From assembly GCF_964355755.1 (NCBI RefSeq), contig NC_092670.1, positions 28,942,388-29,006,387 of the forward strand: DNA of 64,000 nucleotides, given 5' to 3'. The notes below the pieces were generated by a model, which was given only the letters and a program-made list of their open reading frames with translations, did not search any database and was not told the DNA's origin. Source of the stretch: Antedon mediterranea. Lineage: Eukaryota; Animalia; Echinodermata. A program made the position numbers and the translations under genes. This document shows, in pieces, positions 1 through 15,100 of the stretch; the first letter of the stretch is position 1; every line of letters starts with the position of its first letter.

Positions 1-2061
1 ATTTTGTTGTGTTATTTGAGATGTTATTTATGGCTGGTACTTTCGGTAGGCTAGGCCTAGATAACTTTGTTTTAACTTTCAGGGACCATCTCATAAGTGA
101 GATACCTGTTGCTTCTATGAAAGCATTGCAGTTTATATGCTTGTTTTTTGGTTAAATTGTTGTTTGAATAGCTAATATTTATGCTCATATTATAATAGTA
201 ATAGTAATAGTAATACTGGACAACAATTACGCATTATTATTATAGAAGACTGTCTGTATTAATTGCAGTTGTTGCTGATGGATCAATGTTAATATTATCA
301 TTCTGTCAATTGTTTAAATAGGTCATGTTAAACCAGTTTAAATTAAGAACCAAGAACATTATAATTAATAGTTAACCATACTTATATGTCATTTTTTATT
401 GTTTCACAGTTAATCAACTCTATCACGGTATTGGTAAATAAAGACTTAAAGGAAGCATATAACCGTGTGATATTTCGATTCTCGACTCATATATTTCTCT
501 GGACCCTCGATAGTAATACCAATGAATTACTACTTAGTTTAATGTCTTGCCTAGCTGTCGATTAGCCTCGACTCGACACATTTTGTGTGAAGAAGAGTGC
601 GCAAAGGCAATCACGTGAATTGACTTAGAATCCTAGGCCTACTGTAGAAAGTATCGTATCGCAGTTGTGTAATCACTTCTTGTTGCTGCACACGGAACAA
701 CAAATTTAACTGATGAATTATTCATGTTTATTTTGTGACGTTTCATGAGGGGTCCCCAACTTATGTACGAAAAAAAAAATCGCGGCCGGGGGCGCTGCTC
801 CATGCTGTGAAATGGCGTCGCCCAGTTTGACCTTTTAACCCTGTACTTCCGATACTGTGTTTTGAATGCAAATTGAAGAACAGGAGATTCTTGTGTTATA
901 AGTTCTTTGAGCAACATGCAATTGATTCCCTCTGGTGGTGGTGCTTTCTGATTTTTTGTGAGTGGTGAGCTGATAAAAGTAAAACCAGGAATGTAAAAGA
1001 AACGTACCCAAAAACTAAGCATATGAGAAATAATAATAATAATAATAATAGAAAGAGTCTGACACGCTTAATATGCAGTAATATATGACATACTGTAATT
1101 TACATTTTAGAATTTGGGAAGTGAAAGTTTACGGCCTCCTCTAGCTAGGCCCAACCAAGTACAGTACTACTAACTAGGCTACTAGGTTAGTCAGTAGTAA
1201 ATATAGTTTAGGCCTCGTCTCTAGAGCCTAGTAAATAAAATAATCCTGGCGGAGAGAGGGCTGAGATTAATATAAATCCTCCGTATCGCTTCGTCTCTTT
1301 CTACGTATATTCCCGTCAAAATAGGCCAGGCTAGTGTGCAGTGTGGGTCTATTTTTTCATAAGAAATCCAGCTCAACACACACCACACACATTTCATGTT
1401 CACACAGATCAGAAATATCCTGCCACCTGTGTGACGTCAGGTGGTGACGCTGCCCTCCTATATATGGACATGGGGAAATCCCCCTCTCAATTATTGTAGA
1501 CATTCACTTGTCAGCAGATCTTCACTTTGTGTTACTATAAATTAAAAATATTCATTGCCAAAACATATAATCAGAAAAGTAATATCTGAAAAAGGAAAAT
1601 AGTTTTTTGTTTACAAATTTTATTTTACACTTTCGTTTGGGTCATACAATTGTACCAGGGAGGTATAAAAATTAACCTCCTTGATTATACCGCAAATACA
1701 GTATTGTATTTGATTGACCTTATACAGTATTGTTTTTGATTGACCTTCAGAAGCTCTCAGTACATGTATGCACAATACAATAAAAACACTTTATTTCAAC
1801 TTCACATTACAAAATTCTTAATGTTATTATTATTATTACTGAAAGCATGCATTATAGTGTAGTACTTCACTAGGCCTCTAAAATTAACACTTCACTGTCT
1901 AGAAAAGTATTTATCTTTACAGAATAGAAATAAGGAAAACACTTTGTTCACCATACATACAAGTCGCCTACAGAAAAATCAGTGCTTTATGTTGTGAATT
2001 TGAAATACTTGTGGGTGACAACATATAAATATATTATTGTTTTAATCAAGTCATTCATTAA

Positions 2062-2380
2062 AGATGTATTGTCCCCTATAAACATGAAAAATAGATTTCA
2101 TAGAATAGATTAATAAAATCAGATTTTGAATAGATTATTTTGTAGTTTTAATAAAGTTAGTCACTTTCGTAGAAAAAACCCACTTATAAAATGACAAAAT
2201 AAATGGTTAAATTCAACCAAAAAAACATTGGCTGGCAGCCAATTTGACTATTTTTTTGCTTTAAATTACAGTTTTTTTAGGTAAATACATTTTTGGTCAA
2301 AGTGGATAACTATTAGGTGACATTAAAATTGCAAATTCAACAACAAAAACATTTTAGAATTATTTTTATTTTTTACATCT
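2062..2380. mobile_element. Kolobok-like non-autonomous element, family B (degenerate right end)
   Basis: TTAA|AGATGTATTGTCCCC...ACATCT|TTAA; interior similar to 21634-21920. Confidence 0.6.
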
Positions 2381-2890
2381 TTAAGAAGTAGTGATTGGGT
2401 TTATATAGAATATGTGCAGTTTATATTTTAAAAACTTAGTAAAAACTGTAGTGCAGATATTGTCTCATCAACCATAATGACAACAGAAAACCAAAATATT
2501 TACAAAGATGTTTTAATCCCAAAAAAATGTTGATATCATATTTTAAAATATTTATTATTGTAGACTATGCAGGTCATATAAAGGTCTGTCTGATCCAGTC
2601 TGTGATGGCATGTTTTTTAATCCCTTAATACTTCTACATTTTTGGAAGTGCTTAAACAACTTTTTTAGTAAAAATTCTGAAAGTTTGGGAAATGCCAGAT
2701 TTGGGAGAAACTTATATTAACTTTGAACATGTAAAAACAAGAATTTACGCCCATGATTTAGTGTATGTACAGTATGTTTTGGCGCATATTGGGCAGAAAA
2801 ACTAATTTAATAATAATAATAAATTAGTGAACCTTCATGAGCATATCAGAAAGTTTTGTTTCTATCAAATTACAATAAAATCAATTACAT

Positions 2891-2900
2891 TTTATTTATT
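2891..2900 (-). terminator. Candidate polyadenylation signal(s) of SF3B1
   Basis: Overlapping AATAAA motifs on the minus strand ~65 nt after the stop. Other AATAAA copies lie further downstream, so usage is unknown. Confidence 0.35.
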
Positions 2901-2962
2901 ACAAATAGAAAGTACAAAACAGTAAAGGTTCCCAAATAAAACACCACAGAAGGATATTTTTC

Positions 2963-3121
2963 CTACAAGAAGTAGTCCAGTTCATATCGAACATATTCAT
3001 TTTTCTCATCATTTGGTATTCGTGGGTAGCCAGCTACTAATGCATCTTGTGCCCCAATGTAAAGTGTGTTGTATATTTTCCAATAAACATCTCTTACTTT
3101 TCTAGCAGGATGAAAGAGTCC
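2963..3121 (-). CDS. SF3B1: SF3B1 exon 21, last coding exon ([18 protein letters not shown]...ELDYFL*)
   Basis: ctcag acceptor; TAG stop at 2963-2965. Confidence 0.96.
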   Translation of the reverse strand, partial: GLFHPARKVRDVYWKIYNTLYIGAQDALVAGYPRIPNDEKNEYVRYELDYFL

Positions 3122-6100
3122 CTGAGAATAGAAAAATAAATGTGTTAATATTAAAACAAATAATGTCTTTGTTTATAGGTCTCCTTGTCAATCCATGCAT
3201 TTTCACTGATCCTTATTGCTAATGCAAATGCCCTACACATTAATGAATAGCCATCAATGAAAATCACCAGATTTGTTTACAATTTGCTGTTTTTCTTGAA
3301 TTTGTAGAAAACTATTTGTGAAAAAATAATAAATAAAAACTCAAGGTATCACAATAATAATCCATAATAATATCAATAAATTTGCTATCCAAAAAAAGGA
3401 GAACATTTAGTTAGATTATTCATCATTTACTTTACAATATAACTTGAGGGCACTGTTTCAAAAGTCACAATTCACAATTGTGTTATTCAACAATGCCTCA
3501 GTAAGTAAATGAATGATAACTATAAATCATTATTTTGTTATTAATATTCTTGTTCAAGATTTATCTGCATCAAAATAATCAATTCAGGTGTGATGGCAGA
3601 ATCAAAGTGCGCTCCAAAAAATGATATATTAATTTTACTGCAATCTGAACTAAACATTGATGGGCATATAATAAGCTGTAAGCTTGCATTTCTACAATCA
3701 AGAAAGTATACCCTTTTCACATCTGCAAAATCTAACAACTTGTAACATATTAATTAAATAGCGCGCAACTATTCTTTCCTCCAGAGATTTCACAAGGTTC
3801 ACGTATGCGTACGTGTAATAAGGGAGATGAAACATCGTTACAACTTTTAACAATTTAGGCAGATGCGAAAAGGGTATTAGTAACATTGACGTTATGTCAG
3901 AGCAGAAATAACATCACAGTCTACTTGAGAAACATAGTACTATAATTTTATAAAAAGAATACAGACTCATACTTATATTATATCACACTTACTATGTTGT
4001 TGTCAAGTCTTGTGACAACCCAAAGTAAATTAAAAAAGCTTTTAATTATTCCATACCTGTAATGTGTACTGAAGCATTTTCACAGCTCCAACACCAACAC
4101 GAAGGCCTTCGATTGAGTCCATTACTGCTTGAATGACATGTGGTGATGTTTCAAATACGTTGGGCCAGACAAAGTTGATGAGATGAATGAGAGCGTCCTC
4201 ACAGCCGAATCCAAATACACCAAGAGATATGTGTTTAATGGCAGCACAGGCTGTCTGACGATGTACAAGGTCTCTGCAGATGTAAAACAGAAAACACAAT
4301 TAGAATGTGTGTGATCAACAAGCGTTTATGTTTCCAACTATCATTGGAAGTACTGATAATAAATAATTAATAGAAGATTGGAATTTTTTCTTAGGCCCCA
4401 TTTCTGCTGCCAATCCCAAATATACCGTATAAATATACCATATATACCGTATATGAAATTCGTGCAACGTTTCGGCTGCACATACTTCGTGGGTGGGCTG
4501 TAAATTTCAGACGGAAGTATGGATTGACCTAGAGTCTCGTGTAGTGATGTTTATACCCGACAAAAACAAAACAATGATGGTTTCTCAAAACGTTGTAGCA
4601 TTGCTTTCTATTTTAAATCTAATGAGCAGAAGTGGCAACGAATTCACACTGCACATACAAGCACAATCTAGAAATGTAGAATGGGCATTGACTAGATTTA
4701 TGCATAGAAGACGACGGCGTTTGCCGATAACTTTGGCTGCTGTTCTTCTCGGAACATCCAAATTCTGCTTTTATTTTGTTTGAGATACTTTTTGTAAATC
4801 TCGGTATCTCTTCTGTTGCCATGCAGTCTCCCCCCAACCTTCGCTTCTCCCCACAATTGAATTGCAAAAATAGTTATTTCTTCAGTCCACGGTGACATTT
4901 TGATCTGTTACTTGCTTATACATGTGTGTGTCAATGCAGCAGAAAAACCAAACAAACGTGTCACGCTCTGTTAGTTTTTGACCTCGTGTCATGGGCCAGG
5001 TCACATATACGGTATATTTTGAGTGCAGCAGAAACGGGGTACGAAATATACGGTATATTTTGTAATAAACTGTATAATATCCACAAACGATGGGGATATT
5101 TATGCGGTATATATACCGCATATGGTATATTTTTTATGAGACCCATTTCTGCTGCCAAAAAATATACTGTATATAAAATATACCGTATATATACGGTATA
5201 TTTTTGACAGCAGAAACGGGCCCTTAGGAGAGCCCGGTATATATTTTATGTTTAAATCTTATTTATATTTTGATTAGATTAGACTAATTAAAGATAATCC
5301 ATTTATATTTTGGATACATAGATGGATACATTCATTTTTAATATCACTTTCTCATTTTATTTTGATATGCCTCTCCAAATGAAGCTAATTTGGTCAGCTA
5401 TGTTTCTTCTCAGGTTTTTAGATAAAAAATAAACCAAAAATAATTGTGTCATAAATGCAACAGAACAACGGACTTATTATTATTTGTTTCTAACATCAAT
5501 TTAGAATGGAGGATATGATGCCATGTCATACTCTGAACCAGTAATCTTAAAGACCCATTCCCTACAATTTGTGACGTTTTGTAAAAATAATGCATATATA
5601 TTACTTTTAAAACATTAAACCATGTCATTCCTTAAATGCAAGTTTTATGGTAAATTATGATAAAAAGAGAGAAACAATGCACTACCACTATTATAGTAGC
5701 TTGTGTGAATGTCCTCTCGTGGACAGACTTTAGGCCTAGCCAAGCTAAGCTTAGTTTTGTAGGCCTAGCTGGTAAAAAATAGGTAACGTACGACCATCGT
5801 ACGCTAGCTATAGGGCTAGCCCGACGCTGTATAATTGTATGTTGATACAAATTGGGGAAAACCCGGTATTTTTGCTGAGCATTTAGGAGTCTTCCATTTG
5901 TTTTGGCCTCAAACGCTCGATCGCAAAGTGGGTGAATTACAGAAGAAAAACAAAAATATCAATCCGCGCAGCTAAAATTATTAGAATCGACTTATTTTTT
6001 TACATTTTTAACCACGAAAATAGTTAGCAATAGGACCATATAGTATTTATTTTTACATTAAATGTAGTTTGTGACCTTAAATTAGACCTAAAAAACGTAG

Positions 6101-9100
6101 GGAATAGGACTTTAATCAACACAGCTAAAATACTAGTATTACTTACCGGTCCATAAGAGCGTCTTCAAGGAGAGGTGTAACCGCATAGATGTAATCTTTT
6201 CCCATTTCACCAATATATTCAAACATAAATGACAGTGACTTTAAGACGCCGTTCTGCACGTTCAACTCCGGTACACGGTATTCATTCATGAGAGCTGGTA
6301 ATACAGTAAAAGGTGAACAAGTCTCAGCTACGATTGCAATTGCAACTGTTGTACAGACACGATTCTGTCGTTCTTGCACTTTGAGATTGTTAAGTAATGT
6401 AGCAAGAACATCATGTGGTCTGAAAAGAAAAGCAATTGAAACAGTTAAAAGCTGTACAAAACAACGGTTAAAAGCTGTACAAAACAACGGTTAAAAGCTG
6501 TACAAAACAACGGTTAAAAGCTGTACAAAACAACGGTTAAAAGCTGTACAAAACAACGGTTAAAAGCTGTACAAAACAACGGTTAAAAGCTGTACAAAAC
6601 AACGGTTAAAAGCTGTACAAAACAACGGTTAAAAGCTGTACAAAACAACGGTTAAAAGCTGTACAAAACAACGGTTAAAAGCTGTACAAAACAACGGTTA
6701 AAAGCTGTACAAAACAACGGTTAAAAGCTGTACAAAACAACGGTTAAAAGCTGTACAAAACAACGGTTAAAAGCTGTACAAAACAACGGTTAAAAGCTGT
6801 ACAAAACAACGGTTAAAAGCTGTACAAAACAACGGTTAAAAGCTGTACAAAACAACGGTTAAAAGCTGTACAAAACAACGGTTAAAAGCTGTACAAAACA
6901 ACGGTTAAAAGCTGTACAAAACAACGGTTAAAAGCTGTACAAAACAACGGTTAAAAGCTGTACAAAACAACGGTTAAAAGCTGTACAAAACAACGGTTAA
7001 AAGCTGTACAAAACAACGGTTAAAAGCTGTACAAAACAACGGTTAAAAGCTGTACAAAACAACGGTTAAAAGCTGTACAAAACAACGGTTAAAAGCTGTA
7101 CAAAACAACGGTTAAAAGCTGTACAAAACAACGGTTAAAAGCTGTACAAAACAACGGTTAAAAGCTGTACAAAACAACGGTTAAAAGCTGTACAAAACAA
7201 CGGTTAAAAGCTGTACAAAACAACGGTTAAAAGCTGTACAAAACAACGGTTAAAAGCTGTACAAAACAACGGTTAAAAGCTGTACAAAACAACGGTTAAA
7301 AGCTGTACAAAACAACGGTTAAAAGCTGTACAAAACAACGGTTAAAAGCTGTACAAAACAACGGTTAAAAGCTGTACAAAACAACGGTTAAAAGCTGTAC
7401 AAAACAACGGTTAAAAGCTGTACAAAACAACGGTTAAAAGCTGTACAAAACAACGGTTAAAAGCTGTACAAAACAACGGTTAAAAGCTGTACAAAACAAC
7501 GGTTAAAAGCTGTACAAAACAACGGTTAAAAGCTGTACAAAACAACGGTTAAAAGCTGTACAAAACAACGGTTAAAAGCTGTACAAAACAACGGTTAAAA
7601 GCTGTACAAAACAACGGTTAAAAGCTGTACAAAACAACGGTTAAAAGCTGTACAAAACAACGGTTAAAAGCTGTACAAAACAACGGTTAAAAGCTGTACA
7701 AAACAACGGTTAAAAGCTGTACAAAACAACGGTTAAAAGCTGTACAAAACAACGGTTAAAAGCTGTACAAAACAACGGTTAAAAGCTGTACAAAACAACG
7801 GTTAAAAGCTGTACAAAACAACGGTTAAAAGCTGTACAAAACAACGGTTAAAAGCTGTACAAAACAACGGTTAAAAGCTGTACAAAACAACGGTTAAAAG
7901 CTGTACAAAACAACGGTTAAAAGCTGTACAAAACAACGGTTAAAAGCTGTACAAAACAACGGTTAAAAGCTGTACAAAACAACGGTTAAAAGCTGTACAA
8001 AACAACGGTTAAAAGCTGTACAAAACAACGGTTAAAAGCTGTACAAAACAACGGTTAAAAGCTGTACAAAACAATTTTATTATGCTAACCTACAATGGAG
8101 TTGTTGTAGCCGAGTAGTTATGACCCAGAAAGTTTAACTATACTCAGCTGTAAATGAACTGGCCATGGCTTTACTACAGCATCGAAATGAGGGTTTACCA
8201 CAGCAGTTCAAGGCCTTTTCTAAAGCAATTGCGTCGGTGCCGTCTGGAAATTTGATTCTTGTTTCATCTGACAAATGGTTAATGGTGAATATCTTGAAAA
8301 TAAATACGTACAAATTAATTTAAATATTTCACTCACCCAATAGCTTTGGCGATGTAACCAAATGTGTTGACTGTAGCTCTGCGAATTGCTTTTTTGTGGG
8401 CCTTCAAAAGCTCCAGCAGTTCAAAGCAAATTCTCATCCACTCACGAGCAGAAACAAATTCAGCGCCACGATCAGCAATACGACCCACCAGATCAATACA
8501 GTTTTCCTGTACTTTTTCATGTCTGAAAACAAATTGTTTTTCAGGAATAATTGTTTGCCTTGGACATCATAAATATTTTTTAAGTATTGATTAACAAAAC
8601 ACTGGAATTTAAATTTCTAATTATTATAAGGAAGGACGAGTGTATGTATCTATTTTTGTACATAACTAATTATTAATTGAAACTGACATTGTTTAATTCA
8701 TATATAAATTATTAAACAATACACCGCCATAATATAAATAAATATTTCAATTCATATTTATTATTACATCGTATTTCAATTGTTAAATCATAAGTGTATT
8801 TTGAAATACAACTTATAATGGTATATAATACCATTTTTAGATCCTTACCGGTTTTTCAATATAGGAGTAAGCCTAGGCAAGAGATCTTTAATAGGTGGTG
8901 TCATCTTTGTCATACCAATCACATTGACAATGGCTTTCAATGCACCCAAGATACTACCCAACACTTCAGGGTACTCTTCTCCTAAGTACTCATACAACAC
9001 AACACCTAAATGACCCATCAGTTTCTCCTATGAAGAAAACAAAACAACAATTCATGAATATTTATGAGATGAGAGATAAATGGATGCTGGACTACGAGAA

Positions 9101-12100
9101 GAAATCATTCTTTTTGTATTGAATTTTTATTTAAGCTTGGTTCCCACTAGAGACATGAAGGGGCATTGATGCAATGCAAGCGTGTTGACCAATGCCAAGC
9201 GAAAGCTCAAATAATCTATTTTTTGTGATTGGTCAAATCAGTAACGTTGCGCTTACTTCCATATTGCATACTACAGGCACTTTTTTATACAGAAACCCTC
9301 TTTCATTCAAGAAAACATCTCACAATTCATGTAATGGAGGTAAGGCAAGGCACCTTATTGTATTGTATTAAAAATTATATAGACATATGACATTTTGAAT
9401 TGTGGACTAAAATCTGCATTATATTATCTGAAACTTGATTTTTTGACAACTGTAAATTCTCCAAAAACAAGACTTTTTCTTACCTATTAATAGTATAAAA
9501 GAAAACCAGACAACTTAACATTTTAGGGTGTAAGGTTTTCGGAGAGTTTACCGTTATCACCAAGGTTTTTAAATAACATACCTCTTGACAAGTCCTCATA
9601 ACTACAGCGATTCTTGAGATAAGATCAGCAGCTTGCTGTCTAACTTTGGCTGCCTTATTGTTGAGACGCCACAAGATGGTACCACAGATCTGAGGCAAGT
9701 ATGGCTTAACACGCTTGCTTAATGCATTCACTACTGTACCAAATCCATTCAACATAACAACATCCTAAAAAAAAAATATTTTTTTAAATAATTTTTAACG
9801 ATTGTTACCTAAATTGATGCTAATGACATATGAAATAGTTATTTGTTTAATTGTTTTTCCACACACAAAGACAAGGTTTGAACAAGGTTTTATTATTGAT
9901 GTGGAAATAATATCTTGTACATGTACACATCTTTAATGTATGAAGCCAAAAACAAATTGTTGAAAAAATAGCAAAGAATTGGAAAATAGACTAGTTAACT
10001 AAGTAGCTATCGAAAGTCATGTACCATGTTGTGAAAGCTAATCATTATCTAAAATCTACAACTAGAATTTGTCCTACCTCTGTTGTCTGTTCCTGAAATG
10101 CATACAATATTCCATCAATAAGCTGTTCCTCAAGTCTTGAATCAATGTCTGCTGCTCCCAGGTTATCCATAATCTTTTCAATGGTTTCCATGACCATCTT
10201 ACGGTACTGTTCAGCTTCATCTTTAAGATCATCCACAATACGTCCAATAATTTCAGCTGCTCCAACCTTGTTGGCCAGCTCAACTGTTGTGTCCACAAGC
10301 TAGTTATACAAAAATGATAATTTTTTTACATATTCACTACAAATCCTGAATTATTCTATAAGCTAAGAACCTTAGCCATATTCACCAATCACACTTAAGT
10401 GAGATATTTCCCTTAAATAATAAGTATTTCACTTAACTCAATAAATATTTAAGTATTTCCCTTTAAATTGTATTCACTTAGATAGGAGATTTCTCTTAAT
10501 TTTAATGGCAAGTGTTTCCCTTAGTGAATATGGCCACTTGAGATTTATGTTGGTTTATAGTCATCAGGGCCATGACAATAATCATAGGCCTATTTAATAC
10601 TTGTTGCAGGGTTGTCACCAGCTACTCTGCCAAACCCACGCATTTCATAATACGGTCGGAAAAATGCATTTCGTAGACAACCCTACAAAGTTTTTTGTAA
10701 GGTAACAAGGTGTGCAAAATGAATGAGTCAATTTTGAGTGACGGAGGACAAAGTTATAAATTACTCGGAAGTATTATTAAAATCGTAATCGTTTTCTTCG
10801 TGGTGTTTTGAATCGACTCGACGGCGAATATATAAATAAATAGAAATTTCCCATGGTAGAGGCATGATGGCTCCACACGGTGAACCACAATGAACTAGTA
10901 TAGGCTTAGGTAGGTCTACTTCTAAAAATAAAACGTTCAGTCGATCCAGAAACGATGCCAACAACAAAAGATCATTAACATTCTAAATAAATTATAGTAT
11001 CGGAACGTCGATCGCGCAGACCTGGATTTTTCATATTATTATGGCAGGCCTGGAAACGCGACGAAGATCATTTACCTAGATTTTTCATATTATTATGGCA
11101 GGCCTGGAAACGCGATGAAGATCGTTTACCTAGATTTTTCATATTATTATGGCAGGCCTGGAAACGCGACGAAGATCGTTTACCTAGATTTTTCATATTA
11201 TTATGGCAGGCCTGGAAACGCGACGAAGATCGTTTACCTAGATTTTTCATATTATTATGGCAGGCCTGGAAACGCGACGAAGATCGTTTACCTAGATTTT
11301 GTGTCACATGACATGAAACGTGATACTTTTTATAAGTTAACTGTTCCCACCACCACATCATATGGCCAGTTGAATTATAAAAGTCGTATTTTTCCAAAAA
11401 ATTAAAAATCATTTTTCTGTGCACAATATTCTAACGTATGACGTGCACATGGCGGATAACCTAACTCGTCCATAGTGAAAAGTTCAAAATGTTTTTTAAA
11501 ATCAGGTTATATTGGTAAATTTTACTTTGAGCATTTATTTTCCCTTCATCAACATTAGTTGACAAGGTAATACAATGTTAGAAATTTGATTATTGGCTCC
11601 CACCTTTAAGAGAAGGTCCAATTTGTTTAGGTTTGCATGACGAATAAACACTAGTAAAGATAATTTGTTGTACACCTTGTGTTTCCAAATAAAAATAAAG
11701 GATGGTTGAGAATGTCTTGATGTTTCCATTAGTCCAGAAGACAATTATAGAATAACAACCAAAACGTTTTAATCATACTTGTTTTAAACAGATGGTGATT
11801 TTCAAACCCAACTTTACTAAGTTAAGTAAAGTTAAGTAAATTATAACAATATGAACTAACTTGTCTGTAATTTCGTCTATCAAGCGCCATTCTATGCTGC
11901 CAGAAATGTTTAAAGAACGATGGCAGAACTTCATCACGTATGTACTGTGGCTCAACACCATCAGTTGCACAACACTGCTTTACAACCTACAAAAGAATAA
12001 GAAAAATAGCTTTACACACTGAAAATAGACCAATAAATTTCTACCTAAATTTTTGCTTGAAAAAAGGTTACACACCAACTCTTTTGGTTCCTACTTTAAG

Positions 12101-15100
12101 CTCAGATATCTTTTTTTACTTTACACACAGAGATGGTCAACGTCAACAGCATATGAACTAAGTTATTGGACTATACTCATTATTTAAAGAGCCATCTGAA
12201 TATGTAAAACCATCATGTCCTTATTTGCATATTTGAACAACTGTATACCTTTGTTGTTTATACTGTATATAATAATTGATGTCAAAAATATTATGTCAAG
12301 TATTTCATTGTTTAGAGTATGTATTGCACTTGATTTCAACACTACATTTAAAACTACATTCCTTGCAAACAGTATCTATAAAGATAAGTATGTACACACC
12401 TTTAAAACAATTTTCTTCATTTCTTCATCAGGAGACTGAAACTCACGAATCAAGATCAACATTACTTCCTTGGTGTAGTAATTTGCGTATTCCGGATCCA
12501 TAAGAGGAATAAGGTAGCCAATGGCTTTCAGAAAAGCAGCAAGACCCTACAAATGACAAAGATAAAACAATTGTTATGTTTATTCAGTCCTTTCGGACAC
12601 CACTATGAAGAACCGTGAAACGAAAGAGGGGATGTTGTATTCTTTAACACTACTACCCCTTCTTTAACACCCGCCCCTTATTCAGTACTATGAAGGTGTC
12701 CCCTTAGTATTGTTCTGCTGTACCTAGTAAGCTTTATAAGTTTGTTTTTCAGATACAACACTTTTTAAATTTGTCTTGACTTTTGGCCTAGGTTCAGGCA
12801 TGGTATCTCAAATCAACCAAAAGATATCCTGTGAGATTTTTCTTGAGTATTATTGGTATTATACTCAATTTAAAACAAAACTTGCATATAAAAGAAACAT
12901 ACCTTTCCTCTGTGTTGTCGAATACCTTTCCAAAGTGGTTTGAGTACACTATCAAAGGATTCAATACCATATGGTGTAGCAGCTTCAGCTAAAGCAGCCA
13001 GGGCAAGGGCTGTAATTGTTCGTACCTTCTGCTGTTCATCAACCAAACCTAAAACAAAGTTAAAACTATGTTTGAAATTGGTCCTTTTTCTATAATTACT
13101 TATTTAGTTGTAAAATTTGATCATAATTTTGTACATAAAAAAAATTCAGTGTGCCTCAAATTACAATCAGTTAATTAATGGTAAAATAATGGTGGATTAC
13201 AGCATCAACCACACACCATGTGAAATAAAAATGTATGGTATAAAATCTTACCATGTTCAATGATTTCCACAAGATTTCTAAGATGTGGTAGAATGGCACA
13301 TCCCATAAGGATAGCAATCTGCTGTACAATCTTGATACCAGTATGCCTAGCCTGCCACGACTTCTTACTCCTACAAACAGCTTTCAAAAAGGGTAGCAAC
13401 GAAGGAATACCAAGCGCAGACGCTACTACCGCAAACGCACGAGCAGTTGTGTTTCTCACATACTCGTCCAAGTTATCGATGTCGGGACGCATGGTAGAGA
13501 TCATGGTAGCCAGACCGGCAGCTTTTGCCAAGTTGGAGATAATCTCACGACCTTCTACACGAGCGTAGTAGTCTTCATCAATGAGCAGTGGTTCAATCAC
13601 AACAAGGATCTACAATGATTAATTAAAATACTGATAATAGACACATATTTACAGTTTAACTTCTTATAAGCCATAAGTCATTTGTACACTCTTGGAAGGT
13701 AACATCATTTAAATAATTATAAATTTCATAAATCTAAAATGTTTACCTTGTGAACAAAAGGTCGTACAAGATCGTCAAGCTTGTACAAGATTCGGTCAAT
13801 GACCTTTACCAACAGATGGCGCTCTTGATCTTCCAATGTAGGCGACATAAGCAATGGAAGAATCTGGTTAAACAGAGGACCTGCACCAAACTCTCGAGCC
13901 TTATCTGTGATTTGTCTCAGCGCTGCCTTTCGCATTGGTGGTGTTCCATTCTTGATCTTCAACAGTAGCTTCATGATTCTTCTTTCTTTCAACTCTTCAG
14001 CACTCAATGTGCTCTCATCAACGTCAATCTATTTAAATTTAATCATTCCAATTTTTGTTGCAATAAAGAATGCTTTGTTTTAATACAATATTAAATATAT
14101 TTATTATCAATTATTATTACCCAGCCATTTGTGTCTTCCATTTATTTGTGATAATATTCTTTATACATTTTAATAGTGCACTTTTGAAACAGGAACAAAA
14201 AAACAGGAACTATAAAAAATACTTACCAGAAGCTTGTCAAAATATTGTGCATCATCAGGTTTGAGGAATGGTAGGTTGCCTGGTGGTTGAGCTAGGCCAT
14301 GGTCTACTGTTCGGTCTTCTTGTTGCATGTGGAATCCACTCATTCCGCCCATTGGTGTAGGGGTAGACATCAGCTTACGTGCTGGGGTACGGATTGGTAC
14401 ATAACCAGCTGGTGGTGCCAAAACCTAAATAATAATAATATGTATATAATGTATCACACAGTGTATGATAATATACATGCATTTAATTATTGAATAGTTA
14501 AACCTATAACTTATTTTTCTGATGGTACAGGATATGATCAACTAGCAATTGTGATCCTGATGTCGGTTATCCTTTCATAGAATGAAAAAGTTTCTCTGAT
14601 GATGAGTTTTGAGACCTGACTTGACAATTGACATGATGTTTTGGAATTACTTTATAATCATACTTTCTTTGGTTTTGCAGTGTAGGTTGCAATTGTTGGT
14701 TAAATATTCTTATTTGACACTTATATTACTAATACTACATATTTATCTAACTCTAAATCAATTAACAATAATATATATTAGTTCGTTTTTATTTACAGCT
14801 TATTTTGTTACCTTATATCCTTCAGGAAACATAGTATCAAGTTCATCCTCAGACAGTGGCCTGTTTCTATCATCAATCTCCTTCTCCCATCTGTAGGCTT
14901 GTAGTTGTTCTGGGGTCATCATCCTAAGAGCTGAGGCACTAGGTGTACTCATTGACATTGCTTTTGGCCCCTTGGGTGTAACATGATTCAAGGTAGGAGT
15001 GGCACCTGGGGTCTGGGGTGTCTGACTACCAGCTGCAGGGGTTCCGCCAGGTGTCTCATCCCATCGCGATCTTCGTTTGCTACCAGGTGTAGGAGTCATT

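Noticed and set aside
639-1403. Short ORFs as a separate gene
   Set aside because: No recognisable domain or exon chain. The same holds for most 60-130 aa ORFs in the track, which are antisense to exons or derived from repeats.
6443-8073. CRISPR-like array
   Set aside because: Head-to-tail identical units with no spacers, inside a eukaryotic intron. The same applies to the arrays at 11020, 30848 and 41267-43500.
8095-8275. Structured ncRNA next to the minisatellite
   Set aside because: It looks like a decayed SINE-like fragment with an A-box remnant, too degenerate to call.
12903-13609. Cancer-hotspot or drug-resistance substitutions in SF3B1
   Set aside because: Equivalents of E622, R625, H662, K666 and K700 (and R1074 in exon 18) are all wild type.
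14590-14625. C/D box snoRNA (TGATGA...CTGA)
   Set aside because: The boxes are antisense to the host gene, too close together, and there is no terminal stem.
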